Below are positions 42,319 to 52,154 of a stretch of 64,000 nucleotides of DNA, piece by piece. The notes beneath the pieces are model-generated. The model was not told where the DNA came from. It saw nothing but the letters and a program-made list of their open reading frames with translations, and made no database searches. The stretch is taken from IMG/VR virus record IMGVR_UViG_3300005529_000001, positions 144,882-208,881 of that record; one strand, given 5' to 3'. The translations under genes and the position numbers were made by a program. This DNA comes from a virus. Every line of letters begins with the position of its first letter. Within the stretch, counting starts at the first letter, position 1.

Positions 42319-45300
42319 ATGAGGGTCAGTCTGGGCGTCCTGAGGGACTACGTCTCCAACCTGTTGGTTGAGAATCGCATCGATGATGCACGTGAAAAAT
42401 ACCCCGACATCGAAGAGGATGTCTTCCAAAACCTCGTCGCGAACCAACCCGGCGGGTCGAACAACAAGTACCTGATGTGGTCAGCCAAGCAGGTTGACGA
42501 CGAGGTAATGCCTGAAGAGGTCATCATGGCCATCAGGTTGTTTCACGACAACGTTCACCGTCTCAAGCAAAAGGACATCAACCAGTACGAGAGCGTCGAA
42601 GCCCTCGACACCGCCATTGACGAGCTCCAGAAGAACAAGAGCAAGAGCCAAGAAGCCAAGCAAGCGAAGGCTGACACCCAGGTCATCTACAACGACGACA
42701 ACTGGCTCGTTGTCCGCCCGTACACTGCTGACGCATCATGCAAGTACGGCGCAGGTTCAAAGTGGTGCATCTCGGCCACTGCATCTCGCAACTACTTCAA
42801 CTCGTACTCAGAGACCAACAACAAGTTCTACTTTGTCATCGACAAGAAATCAACTAGCAACACGCCCAACTCAAAGTTCGCTATCGCTATCGTTGCAGCG
42901 GGCTTGGCTGCCGCCGGTCGCGAGATCCAGGTCTACAACGCCTCCGATAGCTTGGTGTCTCTGAACACCGTAGCTAGCGCCGTCGGTAGCAAGTGGCCTG
43001 AAATCTGGGAAAAGATCCAAGCTCACGTCGCAGCAAACCCGAAGACCCGTGAGGTCGAAGACGCTGAGAGAGCGACTGAAGAGCATGTTGCTGCGTTGTT
43101 GAAAGGCGAGAAGCTTAGCGACCAAGCGATGAAGAAGGTCGCCAAGAGCGGCAAGCTATCAAACCAAGTCATCAAGAAGATCCTCGGACGTTACGAGAAC
43201 TACACGGGACCCACCGATTACCGTGATGAACGACAGGACATCATGAACTCGTTGTCCAGCCGCGCCAGTGAGATGGAATCTGAAGGGGCGATGGCTGTAT
43301 TGAAGTGGATCTCAGAGAACAGCGCCAACAGCTATTGGCGTACTTCCTACCTCGAACGCATGTTGGCAGCCGCTCCCTTCAAACCAGAAGACTTCCGTGA
43401 GATCGCTAAGACTAACGATGAAGAGATCCTCGCTAACATCTTTAGTAACCCAGCAACTCCTGATGACGTAAAGCGAGTGATCTCTGATGCTGCAATGCGT
43501 TTCGTGTCGGAGTCAGCTACCCGAAAAGTTTACTGGGAGCTCATCAAGTCGGGTGCCATCACCAAAGAGCAGATGGCACACGCGATGGAGATGGATAACA
43601 AGAGGGGCTCATACAGGTACCTGACAAGCCAGATCCTCAACCATCCTGAAGACGTTCGCATGGAACCCGAGTTGGTCAAGATGTTAACCATCAACAACGC
43701 AGGAGAGTTCAAAAACCTGTTGCGGATCCCGAACGTCCCACACGATTTTGCTGTCAAGATCCTCAGCAAGCTGATGAGCAGCGAGAGCCTGAAGAAATAC
43801 GACATGCTCGAGTTGCTCCGGACAACACCGTTGGGTCCGAAGCAGATCGAGAAGCTGTGGGCTGACTGGCCCCAAGCAACCGTCAGGACAGCGTTGCTAC
43901 AAAACCCTGGGATCGGTGAGGGGAACGCTAACAAGTTCGCCAAAAGCAAGAACAGCGCGTACCGTTTTTCGGTTGCACACAACACCATCACTCCAGTTGA
44001 TGCGCTCAACACACTCTCCAAAGACGAGTCAGTCTCAACCAGGTCAGCTGTCGCTGCTAACCCCAAGACATCACCCGAGACGCTGTACACGCTAGCAAAG
44101 GACCAAGCTGTTGCGGTCAGAGCGAGCGTCGCTAGCAACGCATCGTCACCGACCAACCTTGTACGTGCTCTGAAACGAGACTCAGACGACTTTGTCAGGA
44201 AAGCTGCTCGGAAGACGCTCAAAGCTTTGGACGTGACAGAAGCTTACATCGGGATGGCGATGGGCATGCGTGGTTTGCTCGTTGAAGAGCTGACCGATGA
44301 TGATGTCACGCCTGACATCATGAACCCAAGCTGGCGTGACATCATTCCTAGCACCATTGACAAGGAAGAGTTTGTCGCGGTCTTTCTGTTGCAGAACAAT
44401 GGTAGCGCAACGCGAGAAGAGATCACCAAAGCGTACAAGGATTGGATGGGCAGCGCTGGTGGAGCGGGCGAGCTCTGGAAGACAAACAAGTGGAGTGACC
44501 AGATCATCCGCGGCATCATGTCTCAGGGTAAGGGCTGGTTCTGGTCGCCTCCAGGCATCAACAAAGGTGCTCTGTTTCGTCTGACGCCAGCAGGTGCGAG
44601 CGCAGCTTTGGACATTATCAGGAAACTCGCTCACCTCACGAACCTATCTTCTCCCGTACAGATCACGTCTGCCAAGGCTCGACCAGGAAAGACGTACTTT
44701 GTCAAGGGCGCTGAAGAAGCCCTTGACGTCACGGGCATGGAGAAGGGTGACCTTGAGGTCGAAGAAGTTGCAGCAAACTACAACAACGAGCCCATCAAGA
44801 CTGATGGGAAATACACGAAGCTGTCACCAAACCGCAGCTGGCGACAGAAGCGCCGCCAACGCAGCGTGAAGATGTTCAAGTACACCTCCCCAACAGGGGA
44901 AGTGAAGTACACTCGAGAGCTTCCCAAGGTCTCCGTCCCCAACAATGCCAAGGTACAGTTCATCAAGACATTCCACGGCCAGGCGACGAATGACAGGTAT
45001 TCCACCAGCGAACCCAACCGAGCGATCGTCAAGTACAACGACAAGTACCTGCTTGTCAAGTTCCCGATGTGGGCAAAAGAGGGTGGTGCTGTTCCAGACA
45101 ACTCCGAAAAGGAGACAAACGTACCGCCGCCCGTCAGGAAGTCTCCTCCACCACGTGAGCTGACGGGCGAACCCGCCGCTGCACCAGCACGAACTGGTGG
45201 GGGTGAAGCTCCCGCAGCTCCCCGTGGACCCAAAGTCGGTTACAAGATCTACGGCCGCCACCGTGGGGCTCCCGCTCACACGCGTCTGAAGGGCCAAGCT

Positions 45301-45432
45301 TACGCTGCACCTACAGACACCCAGTTCTCACCCGGAGAGCAAGCGACCATCCAGGTCGGTGCTGATGGCAAGCTGAAGGTCAAGAAAGTGGCTGGCGATC
45401 ACGAACAGACGTGGGACCCCGTCGAGGGTTGA
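42319..45432 (+). CDS. Large (1037 aa) protein with HEAT/LRV-type repeats; possible virion/ejected protein
   Basis: Clean 3.1-kb plus-strand ORF. Repeats of type VSTRSAVAANPKTSPETLYTLAKDQAVAVRASVASNAS (leucine-rich-repeat-variant-like). N-terminus MRVSLGVLRDYVSNLLVEN is CTS-like. ATACTTAG promoter-like motif upstream. Confidence 0.55.
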   Translation: MRVSLGVLRDYVSNLLVENRIDDAREKYPDIEEDVFQNLVANQPGGSNNKYLMWSAKQVDDEVMPEEVIMAIRLFHDNVHRLKQKDINQYESVEALDTAIDELQKNKSKSQEAKQAKADTQVIYNDDNWLVVRPYTADASCKYGAGSKWCISATASRNYFNSYSETNNKFYFVIDKKSTSNTPNSKFAIAIVAAGLAAAGREIQVYNASDSLVSLNTVASAVGSKWPEIWEKIQAHVAANPKTREVEDAERATEEHVAALLKGEKLSDQAMKKVAKSGKLSNQVIKKILGRYENYTGPTDYRDERQDIMNSLSSRASEMESEGAMAVLKWISENSANSYWRTSYLERMLAAAPFKPEDFREIAKTNDEEILANIFSNPATPDDVKRVISDAAMRFVSESATRKVYWELIKSGAITKEQMAHAMEMDNKRGSYRYLTSQILNHPEDVRMEPELVKMLTINNAGEFKNLLRIPNVPHDFAVKILSKLMSSESLKKYDMLELLRTTPLGPKQIEKLWADWPQATVRTALLQNPGIGEGNANKFAKSKNSAYRFSVAHNTITPVDALNTLSKDESVSTRSAVAANPKTSPETLYTLAKDQAVAVRASVASNASSPTNLVRALKRDSDDFVRKAARKTLKALDVTEAYIGMAMGMRGLLVEELTDDDVTPDIMNPSWRDIIPSTIDKEEFVAVFLLQNNGSATREEITKAYKDWMGSAGGAGELWKTNKWSDQIIRGIMSQGKGWFWSPPGINKGALFRLTPAGASAALDIIRKLAHLTNLSSPVQITSAKARPGKTYFVKGAEEALDVTGMEKGDLEVEEVAANYNNEPIKTDGKYTKLSPNRSWRQKRRQRSVKMFKYTSPTGEVKYTRELPKVSVPNNAKVQFIKTFHGQATNDRYSTSEPNRAIVKYNDKYLLVKFPMWAKEGGAVPDNSEKETNVPPPVRKSPPPRELTGEPAAAPARTGGGEAPAAPRGPKVGYKIYGRHRGAPAHTRLKGQAYAAPTDTQFSPGEQATIQVGADGKLKVKKVAGDHEQTWDPVEG

Positions 45433-45780
45433 TCACCCGCCGTGGCCGACGACGCCGTTCACGACTGCAACGGTCGAGAACACAACATCGGGTGGTAACG
45501 AGATCGTCTGGGTGTTCTGTGACAACGTCACGATCTCCTGCTCACGAGCGTCAATCTCGCTCGCCATGCTTGATGCGATCTCAGCGAGCTGGCGAAGCTG
45601 TGCGGCGGTCAAGTGCCGACTGAGGTACATCTCAGCCTTGCCGTCGCGGTAAGTCACCTGGAAGTCTTGGGTGTGAAGAGAGATCAACCCGCTCCCGGGC
45701 CCCTGTGACAGGGTGAAGTCGGGTTCGAGCGTGTGGGGTGGGCGACTCAGCGTTAGCCTTGTGTCATACGCGATGAGCAT
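45433..45780 (-). CDS. Hypothetical protein
   Basis: 115-aa ORF. Abuts the convergent plus gene with zero spacer. Confidence 0.35.
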   Translation of the reverse strand: MLIAYDTRLTLSRPPHTLEPDFTLSQGPGSGLISLHTQDFQVTYRDGKAEMYLSRHLTAAQLRQLAEIASSMASEIDAREQEIVTLSQNTQTISLPPDVVFSTVAVVNGVVGHGG

Positions 45781-45784
45781 GTTT

Positions 45785-46153
45785 TTACTCCAAAGGTTTC
45801 ATGTCAACGAAGCCCCACTGCCGTCGTTTGGGCCCGGTGATGACGATCGACCAGTTGACCTTCTGACCGGTGATGACGTTGTGAACGAACTCCGCAGGCC
45901 TGAACAGTACACTACCCGGGCCGCGCCACTTGCGTTCAGCCTGTGTCCGTTCTAGGTAACCACCCCATAACACGATCGCAACGAAAGACCACGGGTGATC
46001 GTGACCTTGCGGGTGCCACACTGGGCACCACAGCCTGTGAACAAACACCCTGAACCAGGGCGTGACCAACAACCGGTAGCGAGTGAACTCTTCGCCGACT
46101 TCGGTCCACCCGATCTCTTCGTGTGGAAAGATGTCAAACCAGCTCTTCACCAC
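45785..46153 (-). CDS. Hypothetical His/Trp-rich protein
   Basis: 122 aa. HRLWCPVWHPQGHDHPW His cluster (possible metal site). Confidence 0.35.
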   Translation of the reverse strand: MVKSWFDIFPHEEIGWTEVGEEFTRYRLLVTPWFRVFVHRLWCPVWHPQGHDHPWSFVAIVLWGGYLERTQAERKWRGPGSVLFRPAEFVHNVITGQKVNWSIVITGPKRRQWGFVDMKPLE

Positions 46154-46365
46154 TCACCAGGCCGGCAATACGATGGGTGCTCAGGATGGCGCCGGTCCAT
46201 CCCGTGCTCGACGCAAAATAATTCATGACAAAGTTTGCACTCATCACCGTAAGTGTGATGGAGGTTATGATCGTTGGGCGTGTTTCGCAGCGGCATCTCA
46301 CATTGGGGACACTTGTACGTGGACGGACTAGATTGCGGAACGATTATCGGTGGCACCCACATCAC
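46147..46365 (-). CDS. Zn-ribbon protein
   Basis: CPQCE...CKLCHELFCVEHG. Overlaps the DnaE start by 4 nt, so probably co-translated. Confidence 0.4.
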   Translation of the reverse strand: MMWVPPIIVPQSSPSTYKCPQCEMPLRNTPNDHNLHHTYGDECKLCHELFCVEHGMDRRHPEHPSYCRPGEW

Positions 46366-49300
46366 GCGATCTCCTTCACCTTGTAAGCGCTGGTCGCAAA
46401 CCCATAATCGTCCCGGCGGACCTCAGCCGCCATCAGCTTGAAGGGCTCGTACAGGTCCTCTCGCCCCCACACCGTGAGGCGGACTGGCTTCCCGACCGGG
46501 CCCGTGACAAACGCTTGGATGTACCCCTTCCCCTTCTTGGTCTTTTTCTGGAGCCCGGCGGTGGGCTTGCCACCCTTCTTACCCGCCGCCAGCACGGTGA
46601 CGAACCAACAGAACCTGTTGTCGCCATGTTCCAGGTCTTCGATTGGGATGACTCCCATCTTGTCAAGCTTGCTGAGCATCGCCTGCTCAAACATCTGGGT
46701 CGGGTCCGAAGTGCCGAAGTAAAAGGCGTTGAACTCAACCCGTTCACGGTTCGTCCACTCGTCTCGGGCGTCGGTCTCGGCGAGGGCTCTCGCCAGCTCG
46801 TAAAAGTTCTTGCGCCCCTCGTGCGGGTCCTTCTTGGTTGACCGTCGGATCAGGGCCGCGTGTTCACGGACACGCTCGACCATGATGCCCGTGCCCTTCT
46901 TTTTCTCAACGGTGTCGGTGTACTCACCCAACAACGTTTCGTGCATGTGCTTGTACGACTTGAAGACCTTGTCCTCACCGATGCAGCCGACTGACTCGAA
47001 AGCGCCGATCTTGATGAGAGCTTCCAGCGCCTTCTTGTTGAACTTGCTGGGCCGCCAGGTTCCATCCTCGTTCCACAGCATCTCTTCTATGCTGTTGATG
47101 GGCCGCATCTGGATTATCTCCTCGACCGCTGACTCCCCCACCCCCTTCACCGACGTCATCGATGGCATCAGCTTCTTGCCTGGCAACACCGTCCAACCCA
47201 GGCCAGCATGGTTGATGTCGATCGGGACGATGGTGTAACCCAGGGCCCGTGCTTCACCAAATGCTTTGGCACGCTTGACGGGCGTCGTTGAGTACGCTTC
47301 AAGGTAAGCCGATAGCCATTGTTCCTCGTAGTATGTCATCAGCCAGGCACACCAGAATGAATCGATAGCATACGCCACCGCGTGGGCCTTGTTGAAGCCG
47401 TAACCGGCAAAGTAGAGGATCTTGTCATACAGGTTGTTGGCGACCTTGTCGGTGTAACCGTTCTTGATGCAACCTTGGACGAACCCGTCACGGGTCTCTT
47501 GTGCTGCTTTCTTTGCTGCCTCGCCGCCGGAGATCGACCGTTTCATGATGGCGCGGCGGACCTCATCGCACTTGTCCTTCGGGAAGCCAGCCACCTTCTC
47601 GGCGAGCTCCATGACCTGCTCCTGGAAGATGATGCAGGAGTTGGTCTTTTTCAGGATGTCATTGATGCGATGGTCACCCCACTCGAGCTCCTTTCCATCG
47701 TTCTTAGCCTCGAGGTACAGCTTGTCAACGTGAGCTGCCAACGGGCCCGGCCGGTAGATGCTGGTCAGGGTCGCGATGTCGATGATGCTCTTTGGCTTGG
47801 CCTTGACGAACAGGCGTTGCGCGCCTTGACTCGTCAGCTGGAAGATGCCTCCCCACTTCGCCTTCTCGTAAACTTCGTAAGGTTTGGGATCGTTGAAGTT
47901 GACCCTTGACGGATGAAGGTGTTCCTCGTACCATGCTTTGACATCGTCAAAAGCGTGGGGCTTGCCTTCCTTGATGAGGATCAGCTCGATCGTCCGCTCG
48001 ATGAGTCGCAGAGTTTCAAGACCGAGCAGGTCATACTTGATGAACTCACCGATCTTCTCAAGGTGCTTGTAGTTGACGCCCTCGACCCAGGGTGATTGCG
48101 GTTCACGCTTGCCACCATCGCCCTTCGACGTCACGAGCGGCATCTTGTTGGGAAGGTCGTCGGCGATGAGAACGCCACCAGCGTGCCGACCCAATGACCT
48201 GTTCTGCTTGAACAGGATCTTGATTGACTCAGCCACCACGGGATTTTTGTCAATGAAAGACCTGAACGACGGTGACACGGGCGTGTTACATGACTCAGTG
48301 CAACCCTGACAGACTGACTTCGACACAGCGGTCTTGGGCGCCTTGCAATGGAAACCCATTGCCTCGTCATAGGTGAGGACGAACAGGTTCTTGTCATCGC
48401 CCTCCTTCATTGTTGCCTTGCGGACCTCGTCCTCGACTGACCGGGTCGCTGCATTGGTCTCCTCGAAGGAGACACCGTAAAACTTGCCGATGTCCTTCAC
48501 CAGCGTCTTCAGCTTGAAAGTGTTGTAGTTGGAGATAGGAACAACGTTCTCCCAACCGAAGAAGCCCCGAAGCTGCTCCAGTACCTTGTCACGGTCAGCG
48601 AGGTCAGTGTCAATGTCAGGCGCGCCTTTGCGATAGACGCTAAGGAAACGGGCGAATGGCAAGTCCCAAAACAGAGGATCGAGGTCGGTGATGTAGAGGA
48701 CGTAGGCGACCAACGAACCACCGCCGGAACCACGACCGGGTCCGCAGAGGCACACCTTCCGCGCCAGCTCCATGATCTTCTGGTACGAGATGAAGTAGTC
48801 AGCGTTCTTCATCTGCTTGATGACACCGAGCTCTTCTTTGATGCGATCGATATACTCGGGTCTGTCTTGCAAGCCACGTTTCCGCATACCGTCCATGCAG
48901 AGCTTGACCAGGTGATTGAAGGACGGCGTCCCCTCGGGGATCAGGAGCTTGTTGGGAAACTTGGGTGACCGATCGGGCGGAACCTCACCGATGACCTGGT
49001 GAGCGATGTCATGGGTCCGCTCGATCGCATCGGCGATCAAGTCGTCATCATAGAAACCCGTCCCATCCTTGGAGATGCAATACTCATCCCACATCTGCTG
49101 GGCGTTCTTCGGGTACAACTCACACTTGAGCTGCTCTTTGGACTTGGGAAGAGAGTCAGCGTTGATCTCGGTGTAGTTCATCCAGCCGAGTTTCTTGTAG
49201 AGCTCACGGTCCTTCCACCGGTCAGGGTTGAAGTAGTGAGCATCACCAGTGACTATCAACTGTTGGGTCTTGTTGTTGCGACGGCAGAACTCGATGATGG

Positions 49301-50171
49301 CACGGTTCACCAGGTTCTGGGCTGGCAGCCGGTTGAACTGGAGCTCGAGGAAGTAGTTCCCCTCGCCGACGGCTTCCACCATCGAGTCATAGACGTTGGC
49401 CACAGCCTGGACGCACTTGTCCATCAAGACCTTGTCATCCAACAGCTTCTCGCTGAACTGGTCGAACTGGATCTTCTGCATTTCCTGGAAGACTGCGTAT
49501 GCCGGCATCCCACCGATGCAGGCTGAAGTGACGACCAGGTTACCGTCCTTGCCTGCCTCACGCAGGACCTTCCAGTCGACGCGGGGAAACTTGTAGAACC
49601 CGTTTAGGTATGCCTTGGACGAAGCCGCGAAGATTTGTTGGAGGCCCCTCTGGTTCTTGGGTAGGATGACGAGATGATGCCGACGATTGATCGGGTTGAA
49701 GTGCTTGGTTGACTTGGTTTCGTCCTCATTCTCAACAGTCAACGCATTGGTTGTCTCGATCTCTTCGGTCTCATCGGCCTGATCAACGACTGCGATGACC
49801 TTGGTCGGCAGCTCTTCTTCTTTGTCTTTTAGCTTTTTGGCAACTTTCTTGTCGAGCTTCGCCTTTTCAGCGGCTTCGTAATCACGTTGCCATTGCTCAA
49901 GGTCGGGATGATAGTACGCCTCGATGCCTGGGATGTACTTGAACTTCTTGTCCTTGTTGGACTTGGACCAGTCCTCGATCCAGAGCTGAGCATGCGCGTA
50001 CGAATTTAGGTTCCCGTGTTCCGTGATGGCATGGGCATCGATGCCGTTTGCCATGCAAAACTTAAAATGCTCGTCAGGATACCCCAGCCCGTCAAACGGT
50101 GAAAAACCCGTGTGATTGTGAAGACCAACAAAGCGATTCGGGACCCTGGACATGTGTGTCCATCGTACCAC
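46362..50171 (-). CDS. dnaE: DNA polymerase III alpha subunit (DnaE-type C-family replicase) with N-terminal PHP domain
   Basis: PHP motif LHNHTGFSPFDGLGYPDEHFKFCMANGIDAHAITEHGN. 1269 aa. Polymerase core region GRGSGGGSLVAYVLYITDLDPL and others. Confidence 0.9.
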   Translation of the reverse strand: MVRWTHMSRVPNRFVGLHNHTGFSPFDGLGYPDEHFKFCMANGIDAHAITEHGNLNSYAHAQLWIEDWSKSNKDKKFKYIPGIEAYYHPDLEQWQRDYEAAEKAKLDKKVAKKLKDKEEELPTKVIAVVDQADETEEIETTNALTVENEDETKSTKHFNPINRRHHLVILPKNQRGLQQIFAASSKAYLNGFYKFPRVDWKVLREAGKDGNLVVTSACIGGMPAYAVFQEMQKIQFDQFSEKLLDDKVLMDKCVQAVANVYDSMVEAVGEGNYFLELQFNRLPAQNLVNRAIIEFCRRNNKTQQLIVTGDAHYFNPDRWKDRELYKKLGWMNYTEINADSLPKSKEQLKCELYPKNAQQMWDEYCISKDGTGFYDDDLIADAIERTHDIAHQVIGEVPPDRSPKFPNKLLIPEGTPSFNHLVKLCMDGMRKRGLQDRPEYIDRIKEELGVIKQMKNADYFISYQKIMELARKVCLCGPGRGSGGGSLVAYVLYITDLDPLFWDLPFARFLSVYRKGAPDIDTDLADRDKVLEQLRGFFGWENVVPISNYNTFKLKTLVKDIGKFYGVSFEETNAATRSVEDEVRKATMKEGDDKNLFVLTYDEAMGFHCKAPKTAVSKSVCQGCTESCNTPVSPSFRSFIDKNPVVAESIKILFKQNRSLGRHAGGVLIADDLPNKMPLVTSKGDGGKREPQSPWVEGVNYKHLEKIGEFIKYDLLGLETLRLIERTIELILIKEGKPHAFDDVKAWYEEHLHPSRVNFNDPKPYEVYEKAKWGGIFQLTSQGAQRLFVKAKPKSIIDIATLTSIYRPGPLAAHVDKLYLEAKNDGKELEWGDHRINDILKKTNSCIIFQEQVMELAEKVAGFPKDKCDEVRRAIMKRSISGGEAAKKAAQETRDGFVQGCIKNGYTDKVANNLYDKILYFAGYGFNKAHAVAYAIDSFWCAWLMTYYEEQWLSAYLEAYSTTPVKRAKAFGEARALGYTIVPIDINHAGLGWTVLPGKKLMPSMTSVKGVGESAVEEIIQMRPINSIEEMLWNEDGTWRPSKFNKKALEALIKIGAFESVGCIGEDKVFKSYKHMHETLLGEYTDTVEKKKGTGIMVERVREHAALIRRSTKKDPHEGRKNFYELARALAETDARDEWTNRERVEFNAFYFGTSDPTQMFEQAMLSKLDKMGVIPIEDLEHGDNRFCWFVTVLAAGKKGGKPTAGLQKKTKKGKGYIQAFVTGPVGKPVRLTVWGREDLYEPFKLMAAEVRRDDYGFATSAYKVKEIA

Positions 50172-50202
50172 TCGTCAAGTCAGTCCTACACCTTAAACGA
50201 CA

Positions 50203-50224
50203 AACGGGTCCAATCGGACCCGTT
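50203..50224 (-). terminator. Intergenic perfect hairpin (9-bp stem AACGGGTCC / GGACCCGTT, 4-nt loop) between the small membrane gene and dnaE
   Basis: Seen directly in the sequence. Followed in minus sense by GTCGTTTAAGG, a weak T-run. Confidence 0.3.
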
Positions 50225-50248
50225 CATCATCACTTCGTGTTGGTTACT

Positions 50249-50524
50249 TCACTTCGCGGCGGGGGCCTTCTCCGCCTCAGCAAGGCCAGGCAGGAGCAGA
50301 GCGGCAGACGTGACGATCGCAGTCATCACATCGGTGCCTGTTGCAGCGCCACCAAACCAGGTGATGACCTGCGGGAGGTCAAGGACCAGGACGGGAGCAG
50401 CGACCGCGAGCCAACGTGGCATCTTCGCCCAGTAGGGCTGTGCTGCAACGAGAAGCTTTGAAGCGGCGAGAGCACCAGCTCCGACGTAAGACACGACATC
50501 GACAAAAGTGGTTCCAACGGACAT
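50249..50524 (-). CDS. Small multi-TM membrane protein (holin-like topology)
   Basis: Start set at the ATG with a GGAGG SD 8 nt upstream; the TTG-start extension is unnecessary. 2-3 hydrophobic helices. CATAGTTAC promoter-like motif upstream. Confidence 0.35.
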   Translation of the reverse strand: MSVGTTFVDVVSYVGAGALAASKLLVAAQPYWAKMPRWLAVAAPVLVLDLPQVITWFGGAATGTDVMTAIVTSAALLLPGLAEAEKAPAAK

Positions 50525-50542
50525 GATTGAATCCTCCGTCAA

Positions 50543-50551
50543 GTAACTATG
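50543..50551 (-). promoter_or_regulatory. CATAGTTAC promoter-like motif upstream of 50249-50524
   Basis: Minus-sense CATAGTTACttgacGGAGGattcaatcATG, the same architecture as upstream of 4299-5366. Confidence 0.3.
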
Positions 50552-50554
50552 GCT

Positions 50555-50812
50555 TCAACGCCTGTTTCGCCAAGCTGCCCGTTTCGCAACTTCTTCGTGC
50601 GTGGTGCCCTCTTCCTTACAGCGGGTGTCGTAGAGCACATCCAAGATCCCGATCACAAATCCGCTTGCGAGTGCACCGTGCGTGCAGCTATCCAGCACCT
50701 CAAGCACCTGGAGCGTTGATGGCGGGCAATCCCACTTTTCGATCATCAGCTTCGCCGTGTCATCCAGCTGTGAATTTGGCGCTCGCAGCAGAACCTCTAT
50801 TGCTTCTTTCAC
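50555..50812 (-). CDS. Hypothetical protein
   Basis: 85-aa ORF. 4-nt overlap with the UXS-like gene. Confidence 0.3.
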   Translation of the reverse strand: MKEAIEVLLRAPNSQLDDTAKLMIEKWDCPPSTLQVLEVLDSCTHGALASGFVIGILDVLYDTRCKEEGTTHEEVAKRAAWRNRR

Positions 50813-51807
50813 TTCGTCACTTTTTGGATGTACGCGATCGTCTTATCAAGGCCCTGATCCAATGTCACGACTGGGTTCCATCCCAACAATGTTTTTGCTC
50901 TGCTGATGTCCGGGCATCGGCGTCTCGGATCATCGATGGGCAGGTCGCGCATCTGAATGTTGTTGTTGATACCGTTTGAGTCTAGAGGAATGTTGTGTAC
51001 CTTGTTGATCACCTTGCACGCCAGATGCCAGACAGTAAACTCATCTGGGTTACCCAAGTTGACAGGACAGCGTGGGTTCTCTTTGAGAGCTCCCATTGCA
51101 ACGATGCCCCGGATCAGGTCATCAACATAACAAAACGACCGCGTCTGCCTACCCTCGCCATAGACCGTCAGCTGTTCGTTCTTGAGAGCTTGGCGGATGA
51201 AATTGCTGACGACACGCCCATCAAACGGGTCCATGTTAGGACCGTAAGTGTTGAAGATCCTGACAAGACGAGCGTCAACTCCCTCCTGATTGAGGTAATC
51301 AAAACATAGAGCTTCCGCAGCGCGCTTTCCCTCGTCATAGCACGAGCGTGGACCGTATGAGTTGACACAACCCTTGTAATCTTCCCGCTGCGGTGACACA
51401 TCTGGGTCGCCATACACCTCGCTGGTTGACGCATGAACTAGCACTGCGTCATAGTGATCAGCGAGTCGCAGCATCCGTTCAGTGCCCACAACGCAGGTCA
51501 ACATCGTGTGGATGGGCTGTTCCTGATAGCGTGGTGGCGAAGCAGGACACGCAAAGTTATAGATGAGATTGAGCCCACGGTGGTGGTACTGCCATCCGTT
51601 GACATGGCTAGCGATCGCCGGGTCGGTGATGTTGCTCTGGGCGAAGCTGAAGTTCTCGTAAGAACACAGGTCTTTCAGGTGAAGAGAGCCCTTGTCAGAC
51701 GAGCTGAAATCATCAACGCCGAGGACCCTGTCGCCCTTCTCAAGGTGGTGTTTCGCCAGGTGCGATCCCAAGAACCCCGCTGCGCCCGTCACCAGAACGT
51801 TCTTCAT
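50809..51807 (-). CDS. UDP-glucuronate decarboxylase (UDP-xylose synthase, UXS)-like SDR
   Basis: MKNVLVTGAAGFLGSHL and YGDPDVSPQREDYKGCVNSYGPRSCYDEGKRAAEALCFDY closely parallel UXS ([40 protein letters not shown]). Confidence 0.75.
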   Translation of the reverse strand: MKNVLVTGAAGFLGSHLAKHHLEKGDRVLGVDDFSSSDKGSLHLKDLCSYENFSFAQSNITDPAIASHVNGWQYHHRGLNLIYNFACPASPPRYQEQPIHTMLTCVVGTERMLRLADHYDAVLVHASTSEVYGDPDVSPQREDYKGCVNSYGPRSCYDEGKRAAEALCFDYLNQEGVDARLVRIFNTYGPNMDPFDGRVVSNFIRQALKNEQLTVYGEGRQTRSFCYVDDLIRGIVAMGALKENPRCPVNLGNPDEFTVWHLACKVINKVHNIPLDSNGINNNIQMRDLPIDDPRRRCPDISRAKTLLGWNPVVTLDQGLDKTIAYIQKVTK

Positions 51808-52147
51808 CTGCAGACACTACCCCGTGTTCTACGTCCTGTTCAGGGTACGCAGATCGGAAGATATCGAGCAACTCACGTGCCAGAGTCGCGCCCTGTTCAC
51901 CCTCAAGCTGTTGGTTAAACCAGAACATGAACGTGCTCTGGATTGTGTGATAAGCGTGTTCATACGCGTCCTGTTCGGGCATCCTGATTATGAGGCCCTC
52001 AACGAACCTTGATAGGATCGATAACGCTTCCGATTCATACTCTCTCTCCCTGTTTGGGTCGTCAGGAGAGCAGTATCCCAGCGGGTCACGTTCGAAAAGG
52101 TGTTTGGTGAACTCTTCTAGGAGTTGCGAGCGACTCTTCTTCATCAT
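51740..52147 (-). CDS. Hypothetical protein
   Basis: 135-aa ORF. The C-terminal 68 nt overlap the UXS start. Confidence 0.3.
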   Translation of the reverse strand: MMKKSRSQLLEEFTKHLFERDPLGYCSPDDPNREREYESEALSILSRFVEGLIIRMPEQDAYEHAYHTIQSTFMFWFNQQLEGEQGATLARELLDIFRSAYPEQDVEHGVVSADEERSGDGRSGVLGIAPGETPP

Positions 52148-52154
52148 GTCAAGC

